Assembly (NCBI GenBank): GCA_963675665.1
Contig: OY776510.1
Location: 1,696,001 to 1,760,000 of the forward strand
Direction of reading: 5' to 3'
Source of the DNA: Spirochaetia bacterium
GTDB lineage: Bacteria > Spirochaetota > Spirochaetia > UBA9216
DNA length: 64,000 nt
Positions 1 to 9,632 of this stretch are shown here, one piece after another. The notes under the pieces are model-generated. The model was not told the origin of the DNA. It saw only the letters and a program-made list of their open reading frames with translations, and ran no database searches. Position 1 is the stretch's first letter. Each line of letters begins with the position of its first letter. The position numbers and the translations under genes are program-made.

Positions 1-87
1 TTTAGTATAGGAAATAACAGAAAAGGTACGCCAGGAACCCTTGCTGTTCTGACATTTCCATTTAGAAATGATTAGGCGGATTATATT

Positions 88-765
88 ATGGCAGAAGAAA
101 TCCTGTCTCCATTGTTTAAAAAGGCTACTGCAGATCTGGTCTATCTTCTGGACAGGGGCTACCCTGTAAAACAGGTTGTGGAACTTGCAGGCAACCGGTA
201 CAGACTGAGTTCTGTCCAGAGATCGGTTTTGCGCAGAGGCATAGCGGCTGCGGATATTGCCGGCAAAAGGAAAGCAAAATTCATATCTGCAAACGACGTT
301 GCCGGGCAGTCCCTTTCAATCGACAGTTGTAATGTCATTGCCGTTGTGGGCAATTACCTGAACGGCTTTTTTGTCTATCTTGCAGCGGACGGGGCGGTCA
401 GGGACGCGGCTGAGTCAGGCGGAGTTTTCAGGGACGGCGAAAGACGCCGGAAGGTTGTGAGGCTGGTTGTTAACGCGCTTGCGGATTTAAAGCCGGACGG
501 AATTAATTTCTATATAGATGAACCCCACGCGCACAGCCGGGACCTTGCCGGTGAACTCAGGGAAGAATTACGCCTTCGCGGGCGGTCTGCGGAGATTAAA
601 CTTGTCAGATCTGCCGACCGGGTATTGAAAAACGTTTCAGGCATACTTGCAAGCGGAGATTCGGAGATCATCGATGCTGTCGAACGTGTATTTGACCTGG
701 CAAGATATATTTTAGAGAAAAACTTTGATATTAACCTTCCTGAAGCAGGCAGTGATATTTTCTGA
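88..765 (+). CDS. DUF434 domain-containing protein (PIN-like fold)
   Basis: N-terminal 'DLVYLLDRGYP...VELAGNRYRL..QR..LRR' and later 'IDEPHAHSRDLA', 'ASGDSEIID' match the DUF434 pattern. Confidence 0.8.
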   Translation: MAEEILSPLFKKATADLVYLLDRGYPVKQVVELAGNRYRLSSVQRSVLRRGIAAADIAGKRKAKFISANDVAGQSLSIDSCNVIAVVGNYLNGFFVYLAADGAVRDAAESGGVFRDGERRRKVVRLVVNALADLKPDGINFYIDEPHAHSRDLAGELREELRLRGRSAEIKLVRSADRVLKNVSGILASGDSEIIDAVERVFDLARYILEKNFDINLPEAGSDIF

Positions 766-818
766 AAAAAATATGGGGACCTCTTGTAGTTAACTCCGAT
801 AATTTTCAGTTAAGTTAC

Positions 819-885
819 TTGACAAAAAATGTTACTATTGTTAATATAGTTAACTAAAAAGTTAAGAAGGTTAACTATATTAACA
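819..885 (+). promoter_or_regulatory. sigma70-like promoter overlapped by a 16-bp perfect inverted repeat (candidate MarR operator)
   Basis: TTGACA at 819-824, TG-n-TAATAT at 839-847; TGTTAATATAGTTAAC (839-854) and GTTAACTATATTAACA (870-885). Confidence 0.65.
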
Positions 886-913
886 GCAAATAATCTGAAG
901 AGGAGTGAATTAA

Positions 914-1515
914 ATGTCAGGTAAAGCGTTAGATGAAAGAGTTTTTCATGTCGGAATAAACGGGATCAGAAGGGCTGTCCAGTTAACATCGGTTGTACTG
1001 ATGTCTGCTGGTATTTTAAAATTAAACGGTTACACTTTTGCGGCTGGATATGCCCTTTCGGTTTTATTCAGGAACTGATTGGAGAAATCGGCAGGAAGTT
1101 AGTTCCCGGGCTGAATTTGAGGTTTTCTCCGTTACAGGCAAAACTGAAAATGTTGAGATATTTTATTCTGGGTGCTGAAATACTGCTGATGATAATTTTG
1201 ATTAGAAACGGAGCCGCGGTTCCTGTTTATCTGAAAGCCGCTGTTGCCGCAGCAGCGCTTGTTTTAAATCTTTTTTCTCAAAGATTTTTCTATAAATATC
1301 TGTGCCCGATCGGCAGCCTTCTGGGCCTGACTAATTTGTTTAAAATCTTTGCAGTTAAAAAAGAGGCGGAATGTCTGAATTGTCTGAAATGCGAAAGCAA
1401 ATGCATTATGAATGTGCCGCTCGCAGAAAAGGGCAATAACCGCGACACGGCCTGTATAAGCTGTTTAAGATGTATTGACGCCTGTCCGGGCAATAAAGAA
1501 TATTTGCATTTTTAG
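914..1515 (+). pseudogene. 4Fe-4S binding membrane protein (NapH/MauN-like polyferredoxin), frameshifted
   Basis: AGGAG RBS plus ATG at 914 opens a frame that stops near 1078. The FCGWICPFG motif (1036-1062), YLCPIG and CxxCxxC clusters lie in the different frame of ORF 1117-1515, which has no upstream start. Confidence 0.7.
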
Positions 1516-1538
1516 TTAAGTATGTTAATATTATTTTT

Positions 1539-2006
1539 ATGATTGGAAATGAAAATGCATACAGAATGGCTGAAAGAGTTTTATGGCTGATTGAGGAATA
1601 TATTGCCATTGCGTCTATTCCTAAACATTACGGGACCGATATGAGTTTTCATCGTCTGGATATACATCTTATTCATACTATAGGCAATAATCCGGGAATA
1701 AACGTGACTGAACTGGCTAAAAAACATTCAATAACCAAAAGCGCCGTCTCGCAGGCGGTAAAAAAACTTGAGAAGAGGAATTTGATTGAGCGGTACCAGA
1801 GTCCGGAAAACCGTAAAGAGATATTGTTCAGATTGACTGACGATGGGAAAACCGGGTTTGAGGCGCATAGAGATTACCATTCAAAGACCGAGCAGGTATA
1901 TATTGATGAACTTGCCCGGCTTACTGAAGAAGAGGCGGCAGGTGTTCACAAACTTATAGAAATTCTGTCTCAGAGAGCCGGTAATATAAGAAAAGAAAAT
2001 TCCTGA
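1539..2006 (+). CDS. MarR family transcriptional regulator
   Basis: 'IHTIGNNPGINVTELAKKHSITKSAVSQAVKKLEKRNLIER..SPENRKEILFRLTDDG'. Confidence 0.9.
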   Translation: MIGNENAYRMAERVLWLIEEYIAIASIPKHYGTDMSFHRLDIHLIHTIGNNPGINVTELAKKHSITKSAVSQAVKKLEKRNLIERYQSPENRKEILFRLTDDGKTGFEAHRDYHSKTEQVYIDELARLTEEEAAGVHKLIEILSQRAGNIRKENS

Positions 2007-2036
2007 TAATAAAGTGAACGGAACAGGAAGATTAGT

Positions 2037-2657
2037 ATGAGTAAAAATGAAAAAAATCTTAATAAAAAATCATGGATGGGCGGGATCTTTCCTGCAATAT
2101 ACGACTACTCGATGAAAGAAAAAGTTATCCCGAAGAAACTTAATGCGTCATTCGGGTTACATAATAAAGTTATTCTTGATGAGCTGGCGGTTGCAGACGG
2201 CCGGCTGCTGGAACTGGCGGCAGGAAGCGGAAACCTGGCAGATCTTCTCAGCAGCAATATTGAATACTGCGGTGTGGATATCAGCAGAAATCTGCTCAAA
2301 AGGGCGGAGAAGAGATTTGGAAAAGCAGGTTTTAAAGAATTCAGATTGTATCAATGCGGAGCGGAATCTCTTCCGTTTGAAAATTCCTCATTTGATTTCT
2401 GTGTCTGCAATCTTGCATTGAATTTCTTTGATGATATGGACAAGGCAGTAAAAGAGGCTTCAAGGGTGATGAAAAACAACGCTGTGTTTTTCGGAAGCGT
2501 TCCGGTCCCCGAACGCAATAAAAAGAATACTGTTATCAGGGGGAACCTTCTGACAGAAGAACAGTTGAGAGAACTATTTCAAGACAATGGTTTTGATTTT
2601 CAACCGATAGATACTGAGAACGGAGCAATCCTGTATTTTCGGGCAATACGCGTTTGA
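2037..2657 (+). CDS. class I SAM-dependent methyltransferase
   Basis: 'LLELAAGSG', 'GVDISRNLL', 'AESLPFENSSFD'. Confidence 0.85.
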   Translation: MSKNEKNLNKKSWMGGIFPAIYDYSMKEKVIPKKLNASFGLHNKVILDELAVADGRLLELAAGSGNLADLLSSNIEYCGVDISRNLLKRAEKRFGKAGFKEFRLYQCGAESLPFENSSFDFCVCNLALNFFDDMDKAVKEASRVMKNNAVFFGSVPVPERNKKNTVIRGNLLTEEQLRELFQDNGFDFQPIDTENGAILYFRAIRV

Positions 2658-2746
2658 TAATATCAGTTAAAAGTTTTTTCTTATAAAATTTGCTTTCATT
2701 GTTCCGAATTCCTATAATTAAAACGAGTTAATAAAGGTTTCCAATA

Positions 2747-3700
2747 ATGAAAGTGAATTTGTCATTTATCGGTAGATTATTTCTCTTATTGCTGATGGGG
2801 ATCTCACCTCTTTTTTTTAATTGTTGTTCAAAAGAAAAAACGGTATTAACTCTTGACACCGGAGAGCAGGAATCCCGGATAAAAGAACAGCAGGAAAGTG
2901 CGGGTGGTTCTGTCCTGAATATTGCAATCGGCGCTATGCTCTCTCCTGAAGTAACAAGAATTTATTATACCGAGATGCTTGAGATAGTTGCTGAAAAAAT
3001 GGGCAGCAGTTTATATGTTCATCAGCGAAGAACATATACAGAAATTAATAATATGGTTGAGTCCCGGACGGTTGATTTGGCCCTGGTATGTACCGGCGCA
3101 TATGTGAAAGGTCACGAAGATTTTAATATGGAAATTCTTGTTGTACCGGTATCAAAAGGTGAAACCGTATACTATTCATATTTTATTGTAAATAAATCAA
3201 GCGAAATTGATTCATTAGCCGATTTAAGGAATAAAACCTTTGCATTTACCGATCCTCAATCAAATACCGGGTGTCTTATTCCAACTTACACACTATATTT
3301 AATAAACGAGGTTCCTGAGACTTTTTTTGATAGTACCTTTTTTACATACAGTCATGATAACTCAATAAAAGCTGTAGCCGAAGGACTGGCCGACGGAGCC
3401 GCAGTAGATTCTCTTATATGGGATTATCTGAATGAAGAAGATGACCCCTATACTGCCGCAACAAGGATAATAGCTAAATCCGAACCTTACGGTATTCCTC
3501 CTGTTGTTGTTCATCCTGATCTTGATCCTGAGAAAAAGCGGCAGTTGAAACAGATCTTTATTTCTTTACATGAGGATGCTGCTGCATTTACCAGTATGAA
3601 AGAAATACGCATTGAAAAATTTGTCGAAGGCAGTGATTCAATGTATCAAAATGTAAGAACAATGATCGAAAGGCTGAATCCCGGAGAACCTGATGGTTAA
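2747..3700 (+). CDS. PhnD/SsuA-type substrate-binding lipoprotein
   Basis: lipoprotein-like N terminus; 'YYSYFIV', 'LRNKTFAFTDPQSNTG', 'SHDNSIKAVAEGLADGAAVDS'. Confidence 0.85.
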   Translation: MKVNLSFIGRLFLLLLMGISPLFFNCCSKEKTVLTLDTGEQESRIKEQQESAGGSVLNIAIGAMLSPEVTRIYYTEMLEIVAEKMGSSLYVHQRRTYTEINNMVESRTVDLALVCTGAYVKGHEDFNMEILVVPVSKGETVYYSYFIVNKSSEIDSLADLRNKTFAFTDPQSNTGCLIPTYTLYLINEVPETFFDSTFFTYSHDNSIKAVAEGLADGAAVDSLIWDYLNEEDDPYTAATRIIAKSEPYGIPPVVVHPDLDPEKKRQLKQIFISLHEDAAAFTSMKEIRIEKFVEGSDSMYQNVRTMIERLNPGEPDG

Positions 3701-5048
3701 GCGGGAAATTTTTATTAGAACGGCAATTTTAATCTCGATTATGATTATCAGTATAATTCTTGTATTCAGCTTCTTTATGGTACGGAACCACAGAATCGGA
3801 GTAAAAAACCGTATGCTCTCTTTTGGTGTGCTTGTAGCCGGTGAGGTTGAACGCTTTATTCAATGGGACGACAGATTGGCCGCTGATACTACCCTTGCCA
3901 AGGTAATGGAAACCAATCAAAATTATGAATATCTTTTTATATTAATTAACGGGCTGGTTTTTGCTGATACCTTTAACGGTGATGTTCCTTCAGATCTTCT
4001 TGCACATGGAGTTGAATATCCGGCGCAGGCTTACTATTGGGAATTTAAGGATAATACAGGAAATGTATATTTCGATTATGTTATACCTGTAATGTCGACA
4101 AATGCAATACTCAGAATGGGAGTGATGCAAAGAAGTATTGATCAGCATCTGGCACCCGCTTTGGTATCGATAGTCTCTATCGGGGCTTTTGCCCTGCTGA
4201 TAGGAATTCTTTTGTCCTATCGGATAGCAGTTTCCTCAACAAGGGAAATAACGCTTTTAGCAGATGTAATCCGTAAATATAACAGTAATAACACTCCCGG
4301 CAGTAGTTCAGATACTGGATTTTACAATTCCATATTATTAATTCCAAACCTCATAGAGTCATTTCAGAATCTGGCATTTGAAAGAAAATCGGCAGAGGAA
4401 AATTTAAAGCAGTCTCTTGAAGAGAAAGAAAGCCTGCTGGCCGAGATTTTTCATCGAACAAGAAACAACATGCAGGTCATCAGTTCTCTTTTGTATATTC
4501 AGGCTGAAAAATACTCTGATATCAATGTGGACAAGATTGTTGAACAAACAGATAACAGGATACAGGCAATGTCCCTTGTTCATCAACTGCTGCATGATAC
4601 AAATCAGATTACATCAATAAGTTTGAAAGAGCTGGTAATTTCTGAAGTGTCTTTCCTTTTCCAGAGATACAGTGATTTATCAAGAGAAATATCTTTTGAG
4701 AATAATATCGGGGATATAACCCTGTCTTTCGATATGGCCATACCGTTGGGATTAATTTTAAATGAACTTGTATCAAACTCATTATTACATGCGTTTCGTG
4801 ATAAAGAAACAGGATCGATAAAGATTAAAATAAGCAGGCCAAAGATAAATAGAATATCCATTATTTATTCGGATAACGGGACAGGTCTTCCGGAAAGTAC
4901 TGGTGAGGATGAAACATCCTTTTTCGGATTAAAACTGGTTAAACATATAGTGCATGATCAACTCAATGGAATACTCAGGATGAAGAATTGCAATGGTTTT
5001 TACTGTCATATTTATTTTGACTATACCTGCTATTCTGCAAGAGGCTAA
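3693..5048 (+). CDS. membrane sensor histidine kinase (HisKA_2 type)
   Basis: two TM segments; H-box 'EIFHRTRNNMQVISSLL', N-box 'LILNELVSNSLLHAF', 'DNGTG'. Confidence 0.9.
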   Translation: MVKREIFIRTAILISIMIISIILVFSFFMVRNHRIGVKNRMLSFGVLVAGEVERFIQWDDRLAADTTLAKVMETNQNYEYLFILINGLVFADTFNGDVPSDLLAHGVEYPAQAYYWEFKDNTGNVYFDYVIPVMSTNAILRMGVMQRSIDQHLAPALVSIVSIGAFALLIGILLSYRIAVSSTREITLLADVIRKYNSNNTPGSSSDTGFYNSILLIPNLIESFQNLAFERKSAEENLKQSLEEKESLLAEIFHRTRNNMQVISSLLYIQAEKYSDINVDKIVEQTDNRIQAMSLVHQLLHDTNQITSISLKELVISEVSFLFQRYSDLSREISFENNIGDITLSFDMAIPLGLILNELVSNSLLHAFRDKETGSIKIKISRPKINRISIIYSDNGTGLPESTGEDETSFFGLKLVKHIVHDQLNGILRMKNCNGFYCHIYFDYTCYSARG

Positions 5049-5339
5049 ACCGATATGGTTACTGTTTTCAGAAAGCATCCGACCCTGTAAAGTTTCTGAT
5101 GCTTATATTTTAGAAACATTCAGGATTTAAAGACAGATAGCATCCCTCTGCTGAAAAGTAGAAATTAAGCTGTAAGGTTATGAATGTATCTCTGAACTTT
5201 CGAATACCATCAAACAGTATAGGTTTCAAAACCATTATCTCCGAAATAGAATCAAACAGCGCCTGCTGCATTATTTTCAATGATGTGTTATACAGCACAT
5301 GGTTTTGACTGTTTTTTTTTAAGTACGCTCTGCATCCAT

Positions 5340-5630
5340 TCAATCATTTTCTATAAAAAAAGCTCTTGATTTTGTGCTCTTTTCTCTTAAGTCTTTTATT
5401 AGTTCATACTCTTTTGAATAAAAACAATCCTTGGCATCTTTCATTGAATTAAAAGAAATAATTATTACACGATCAGGTTTTTCTCCGGAATATTTTGTAA
5501 TTTTTTCACTTCTCACAAGATATTCACCATTATATGATTGAATTATCTTCACAACTTCTTTTAAATATAAGTTGTACAGATGTTTGTTATTAATTTTTTC
5601 AATCAAAGCTACAAATACTACCTTATTCAT
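5340..5630 (-). CDS. DUF1330 domain-containing protein
   Basis: 96 aa; 'YNGEYLVR', 'RVIIISFNSMKDAKDCFYSKEY..IKDLR'. Confidence 0.8.
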   Translation of the reverse strand: MNKVVFVALIEKINNKHLYNLYLKEVVKIIQSYNGEYLVRSEKITKYSGEKPDRVIIISFNSMKDAKDCFYSKEYELIKDLREKSTKSRAFFIEND

Positions 5631-5771
5631 CCTTCAAATCCTTTTATTAACAATTTGATTGATTTATAATTTTGACTTTTCTACGAAGTCTCGGTTTCTG
5701 TGTTTGAATTATCCAATATTTTTAATTATTAAATAAATCTCAAAAAGGATTACCATCAGTGCAAGCAAAAA

Positions 5772-5885
5772 ACCGATATAATATAATACTTCGATATACT
5801 CACATATATCTACTCGCTTTTTTTTGAAGTTACCATAAAACGACTCAATCCTTGCCATGTTGTGTCAATTACCTCGGCGAGTCAT
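5772..5885 (-). pseudogene. IS3-family transposase (integrase core) relic
   Basis: minus strand reads MTRRGN*HNMARIESFYGNFKKKRVDICEYIEVLY, resembling IS3 'MSRKGNCxDNAxxESFF..LK' and 'IFEYIEVFY'. Confidence 0.6.
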
Positions 5886-6156
5886 GTTTCGTTCGGGATC
5901 GTGGTTCCTGCAAAATCTAACCCTGTCGTCACTAACAAATTATGAACTCTGGTCTTATATCCTTCGGTCTTTTGGTCCAGAAGGCTTTCTGTTGTTACCG
6001 ACGGGTTGCCATGGCTAAATGTACGGCTCATATTGCCAAGAAAGTTTTTAAGTCTTTTCCGTTCCGGGAAAGTTTTTATTTTCCCGGAAACGCAGGCCCG
6101 GAATCTATCCGCATCCGATAATTTCGATTTTATTTTCTTCTCATGTTACTATCCCC

Positions 6157-8040
6157 TTATAGTCCGATACGGTGCTTTTCTGTCTGTACATCCGCACACC
6201 AGTTCCCGACATTCCACTTCCCGAATGCACCAAGGCCCCCAAGCTCGTTGTTTCCGTAATATACAGGTACATGCACGATAGAAAGGCCGTCGATGGCGCT
6301 GGCTTTCCTTAGGGCTTCTTCCAAGGATTCAGGTGTTCCGCCGGCAGTGAATCCTGTCACTCCTTCGACGGCTGAAGCAAGTCCGGCGTAATTAACAGCT
6401 ACTTTGTCGTCCGTCCTGTATTCGTTATCGTATTGCGCTTCCTGCAAAGATGAAATAGCTGACATCCGCCGGTTGTCGAAGAGGATGATCATGGCTTTTA
6501 GTCCGTGCTCAACAGCGTCGATGAGGATTTGGGGATTCATCATGAAGCTGCCGTCCCCGGTGAAGGCTATAGGATAATCCGGTTCCGGAACGAGCGCTGA
6601 GGCGAGCAGGGCCGATACTGCGAAGCCCATGAAGGAGGCTCCCGTATCTGTGAAAGTCCGACCGGAAATCTCATCGCAGCAGATCTGAAAGCCGTTAGCC
6701 TGGACGTCTCCCGCGTCGAAATACTTGACAGCTCCAATCGAATCAGCGAAGTCGACCGCAATTTTAATTGCTGCAGGCTGTGTCAAAAGAATTTTGCCGA
6801 ATTTCTCATCGGGGAGAGCCGGAGTTTCAAAGCGGAGTTTTTTAAATTCCTCCCATTCCCGACGTTTCTCTGCGCAGGTTTCCTGCCATGTGTTGAGCGT
6901 TCCTGAATCCTTCCCCGTCCAGGCACCAAGCACGCTGTTTAATCTGGTAAGAATTCTCTCCGCGTCTCCAGGCAATGCCAGAGTTCTGTTGTACTGGGCA
7001 AGATCATCGAGATTCGTATTAATGGAGATGATATTATTCGCTTTGGGAAAACCGGTACCCGAGCTGTCCCACTGGCATACACCCCGTGCTCCGATCGTAA
7101 CGAGGAGATCGCATTCCGTCATGGCAAAGTTTCCGCAGATTGATCCTTTAGAGCCTCCGACGGCCATATTCCTTCGGTCCGAGGAGGGAAGAAGTCCCGG
7201 AATTACCGGACCGTGAACATAAACCGCCCCTGTGAGATCGAGGAATCTCTTAAGCGTATCGGAACGTACGTTTCTGGCGCCTCCTCCGGTCTTTACAGTT
7301 ATTCGTTCGGCGTTACGAAGGAGCCTGACTGCGGGTTCAAAGGCTTTATCGTCAGCGCAGACTTGTGGAGGAATAGTCGAACGCACGGGAAACTCCAGAA
7401 GATTAACCGCACGTGATATCAGGGGCTGGATATTCATCGGCATTAGCATGTAGAAGGGTTTCTCCCCCGCCGGATTATGGACGGTCGAGGTCCCCCGTTT
7501 CAAGGCCGTGAAGATCGCTTCCGGCGTATGGAGGGTGTAGGCAGGGCCCATGGTTCCGGAAAGGCGAAGGAAAAGTTCCTGTTCCCGCCGGGGTATCTGT
7601 TGCATGTTAGGCCCTTCTCCATGGGTTGTCTCGTCACCGAAGAGGTAATAAATCCCCAGTCCGTTGGAAAGGGGAGTTAGGGAGCCTGCAAGAGCGTGAA
7701 GGGCTCCCGGGCCGATGGAAGTGAAAACTGCCGGGGTGATCCCGTAGTGCCACCGTAGGGCCGCTGCGGCATGGGAAGCCTCAACCTCGTGACGCACTTG
7801 AACGGTCTTCAAGACTCCGGCTTCTTCGTAAACACGCATCACTTCACCCAGATCGGTAGAGCCGTGCCCGAAGATGCCGATGAATGTGGTAACCCCCTGA
7901 TTTGCGAGGCCCAGGATGATTGCCTCGCTGGTGTTGAGATCCTGAAACTGATCGAGTTCACCTGCTGCGACAGCTTTTCTCAAAGTACCGTAGGTTTTCA
8001 GGGCTTCCGCCCGTTTTCTTCTGTCTGTATTCATGGTCAT
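6157..8040 (-). CDS. ThDP-dependent enzyme, IolD-like
   Basis: 'GIFGHG', 'RHEVEASHAA', 'TSIGPGA', ThDP motif 'GDGSFMMN...DNRR', 627 aa. Confidence 0.75.
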   Translation of the reverse strand: MTMNTDRRKRAEALKTYGTLRKAVAAGELDQFQDLNTSEAIILGLANQGVTTFIGIFGHGSTDLGEVMRVYEEAGVLKTVQVRHEVEASHAAAALRWHYGITPAVFTSIGPGALHALAGSLTPLSNGLGIYYLFGDETTHGEGPNMQQIPRREQELFLRLSGTMGPAYTLHTPEAIFTALKRGTSTVHNPAGEKPFYMLMPMNIQPLISRAVNLLEFPVRSTIPPQVCADDKAFEPAVRLLRNAERITVKTGGGARNVRSDTLKRFLDLTGAVYVHGPVIPGLLPSSDRRNMAVGGSKGSICGNFAMTECDLLVTIGARGVCQWDSSGTGFPKANNIISINTNLDDLAQYNRTLALPGDAERILTRLNSVLGAWTGKDSGTLNTWQETCAEKRREWEEFKKLRFETPALPDEKFGKILLTQPAAIKIAVDFADSIGAVKYFDAGDVQANGFQICCDEISGRTFTDTGASFMGFAVSALLASALVPEPDYPIAFTGDGSFMMNPQILIDAVEHGLKAMIILFDNRRMSAISSLQEAQYDNEYRTDDKVAVNYAGLASAVEGVTGFTAGGTPESLEEALRKASAIDGLSIVHVPVYYGNNELGGLGAFGKWNVGNWCADVQTEKHRIGL

Positions 8041-8675
8041 TCTCCCCGGCCCAATCTGAATTCAAGGGCCTGCCGCAGTTCGTTGTCCTCGATAGTGTCC
8101 GGTTGAAGCAGTTCTGCGATACCGGGATAGGTAAGGCATCTGTTCAGTATATCTTCCGGCATCTTCATGACTATTTCGGGAAACGGCCTGTGACCAAGGA
8201 TTGAAAGGTCCGACAGGTTTTTCCGTGATTGCGCCTGGGATTCCTTCCTGTGCGACGGATAACCACAGCCCCGTTCGACACTGAAGAAACGGTCGAATAT
8301 GAAGTTCAGATTGACATCTGCTGCCCAGCCGTAGCCCTGGTTGAGTGCCAGTGCCACAGCATTGCCCCCGTTGATCTGGGCGAACAGCCATGCGTCCAGG
8401 CTGTCGAGGATGTGTCCGCAGAAAACACCGGGATACTGCATCGCCGAATTTAGGTATCCCTGACCGGTTCCACAGCCTCCCACAACGAAATCAACCCGTC
8501 CGGCATTAAGAAGCAGAGCGGTAAGAAAACCGGTATGGATATAGGTCAGTTCCGGCAGAGCTCCATTTTTCGTCATTCCCGCGTTGACAATCTTATGCCC
8601 GCGACCTTCCAGCGCTGTAACTACTGCAGCGTTTTTGTCTGCGGAACTCGTTTCGTTAATGACAGCTATTGTCAT
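8037..8675 (-). CDS. RpiB/LacA/LacB family sugar isomerase (DhuI-like long form)
   Basis: 'IAVINETS', 'LTYIHTG', 'GCGTGQG', 'FAQINGGNA', 'GYGWAAD'. Confidence 0.85.
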   Translation of the reverse strand: MTIAVINETSSADKNAAVVTALEGRGHKIVNAGMTKNGALPELTYIHTGFLTALLLNAGRVDFVVGGCGTGQGYLNSAMQYPGVFCGHILDSLDAWLFAQINGGNAVALALNQGYGWAADVNLNFIFDRFFSVERGCGYPSHRKESQAQSRKNLSDLSILGHRPFPEIVMKMPEDILNRCLTYPGIAELLQPDTIEDNELRQALEFRLGRGE

Positions 8676-8687
8676 GGCAATTCCTCC

Positions 8688-9632
8688 TTATTTTCGACCC
8701 AGGATGCGTTTTACAGCTTCCTCAATATTTTCTGTATTGATACCCAGGCTGCTGAAGATTTCCTCGTTTTCTCCCGATTCCATGAAGATATCCGGGAATC
8801 CGAGGCGTGTGAGGAAGCAGGGCTGGTGTTCCGAGAGGACCTCCGCAACCGCTCCCCCAAGACCTCCGATTATGCTGTGGTTCTCCACAGTAATAATGTG
8901 TCCGCAGTCTCTTGCCGCCCGGATGATAATATCCTTGTCCAGGGGCTTGATAGTCCCCATGTGAATGACACGGACCCTGATACCCCTCCGCTCCAGGTTT
9001 TCTGCTGCCGTCAGCGCTTTCGGAGTCATCATGCCTGTAGATACGACGGCAATATCGTTTCCGGTATGGATTTCAAGTCCCTTTCCCAGTTCCATCTTGT
9101 AGGACTCCGGAAAGATTACAGGGACGGGGCACCGGACGGTTCTGATATACACGGGACCCGGTGTTTTAAGGGCGAGCATGACGGCACTGCGGGTTTCCAC
9201 CGGGTCTGCAGGAATCAGAACCTTCATATTGGGCATGGCCCTCATAACGGCAATATCCTCCACGGAAGAATGTGTCGCTCCGGCTTTTCCCGTTGGCAAT
9301 CCGCCATAAGCACCGTTGAGTTTAACGTTTAGCGCCGGATAGGCAACGGAAACCCGTATCTGGTCGGCGGCCCGTTTTGCAAGGAATACGGCAAAGGTTG
9401 ACACGAATGGCGTCCAGCCATTGGTAGAAATACCCGCCGCCATTCCCACCATATTGGCTTCAGCTATACCGCACTGGTAAAACCTGTCCGGATAAGCTTC
9501 CTTGAAAAAGTGTGTCTGGGTAGAAGCATTGACATCCGCATCGAATACCAGGAGGTTTTTGAATTCCTCTGCCGCTTCCACCAGGGCTTTCCCAAAGGCC
9601 ACCCGAGAAGCGATCATATCACCTATTTTCAT
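8688..9632 (-). CDS. transketolase C-terminal (pyrimidine-binding) subunit
   Basis: 'GIAEANMVG', 'GATHSSVEDIA', 'TVENHSIIGGLG'; GAGGAGG precedes ATG at 9632. Confidence 0.9.
   Translation of the reverse strand: MKIGDMIASRVAFGKALVEAAEEFKNLLVFDADVNASTQTHFFKEAYPDRFYQCGIAEANMVGMAAGISTNGWTPFVSTFAVFLAKRAADQIRVSVAYPALNVKLNGAYGGLPTGKAGATHSSVEDIAVMRAMPNMKVLIPADPVETRSAVMLALKTPGPVYIRTVRCPVPVIFPESYKMELGKGLEIHTGNDIAVVSTGMMTPKALTAAENLERRGIRVRVIHMGTIKPLDKDIIIRAARDCGHIITVENHSIIGGLGGAVAEVLSEHQPCFLTRLGFPDIFMESGENEEIFSSLGINTENIEEAVKRILGRK

Noticed and set aside
5110-5630. Integron cassette array around DUF1330
   Set aside because: No attC-like paired RYYYAAC/GTTRRRY structure or integron integrase was found
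8535-9332. Long antisense ORFs (also 43842-44492 and 59253-60059)
   Set aside because: Shadow frames opposite well-supported genes
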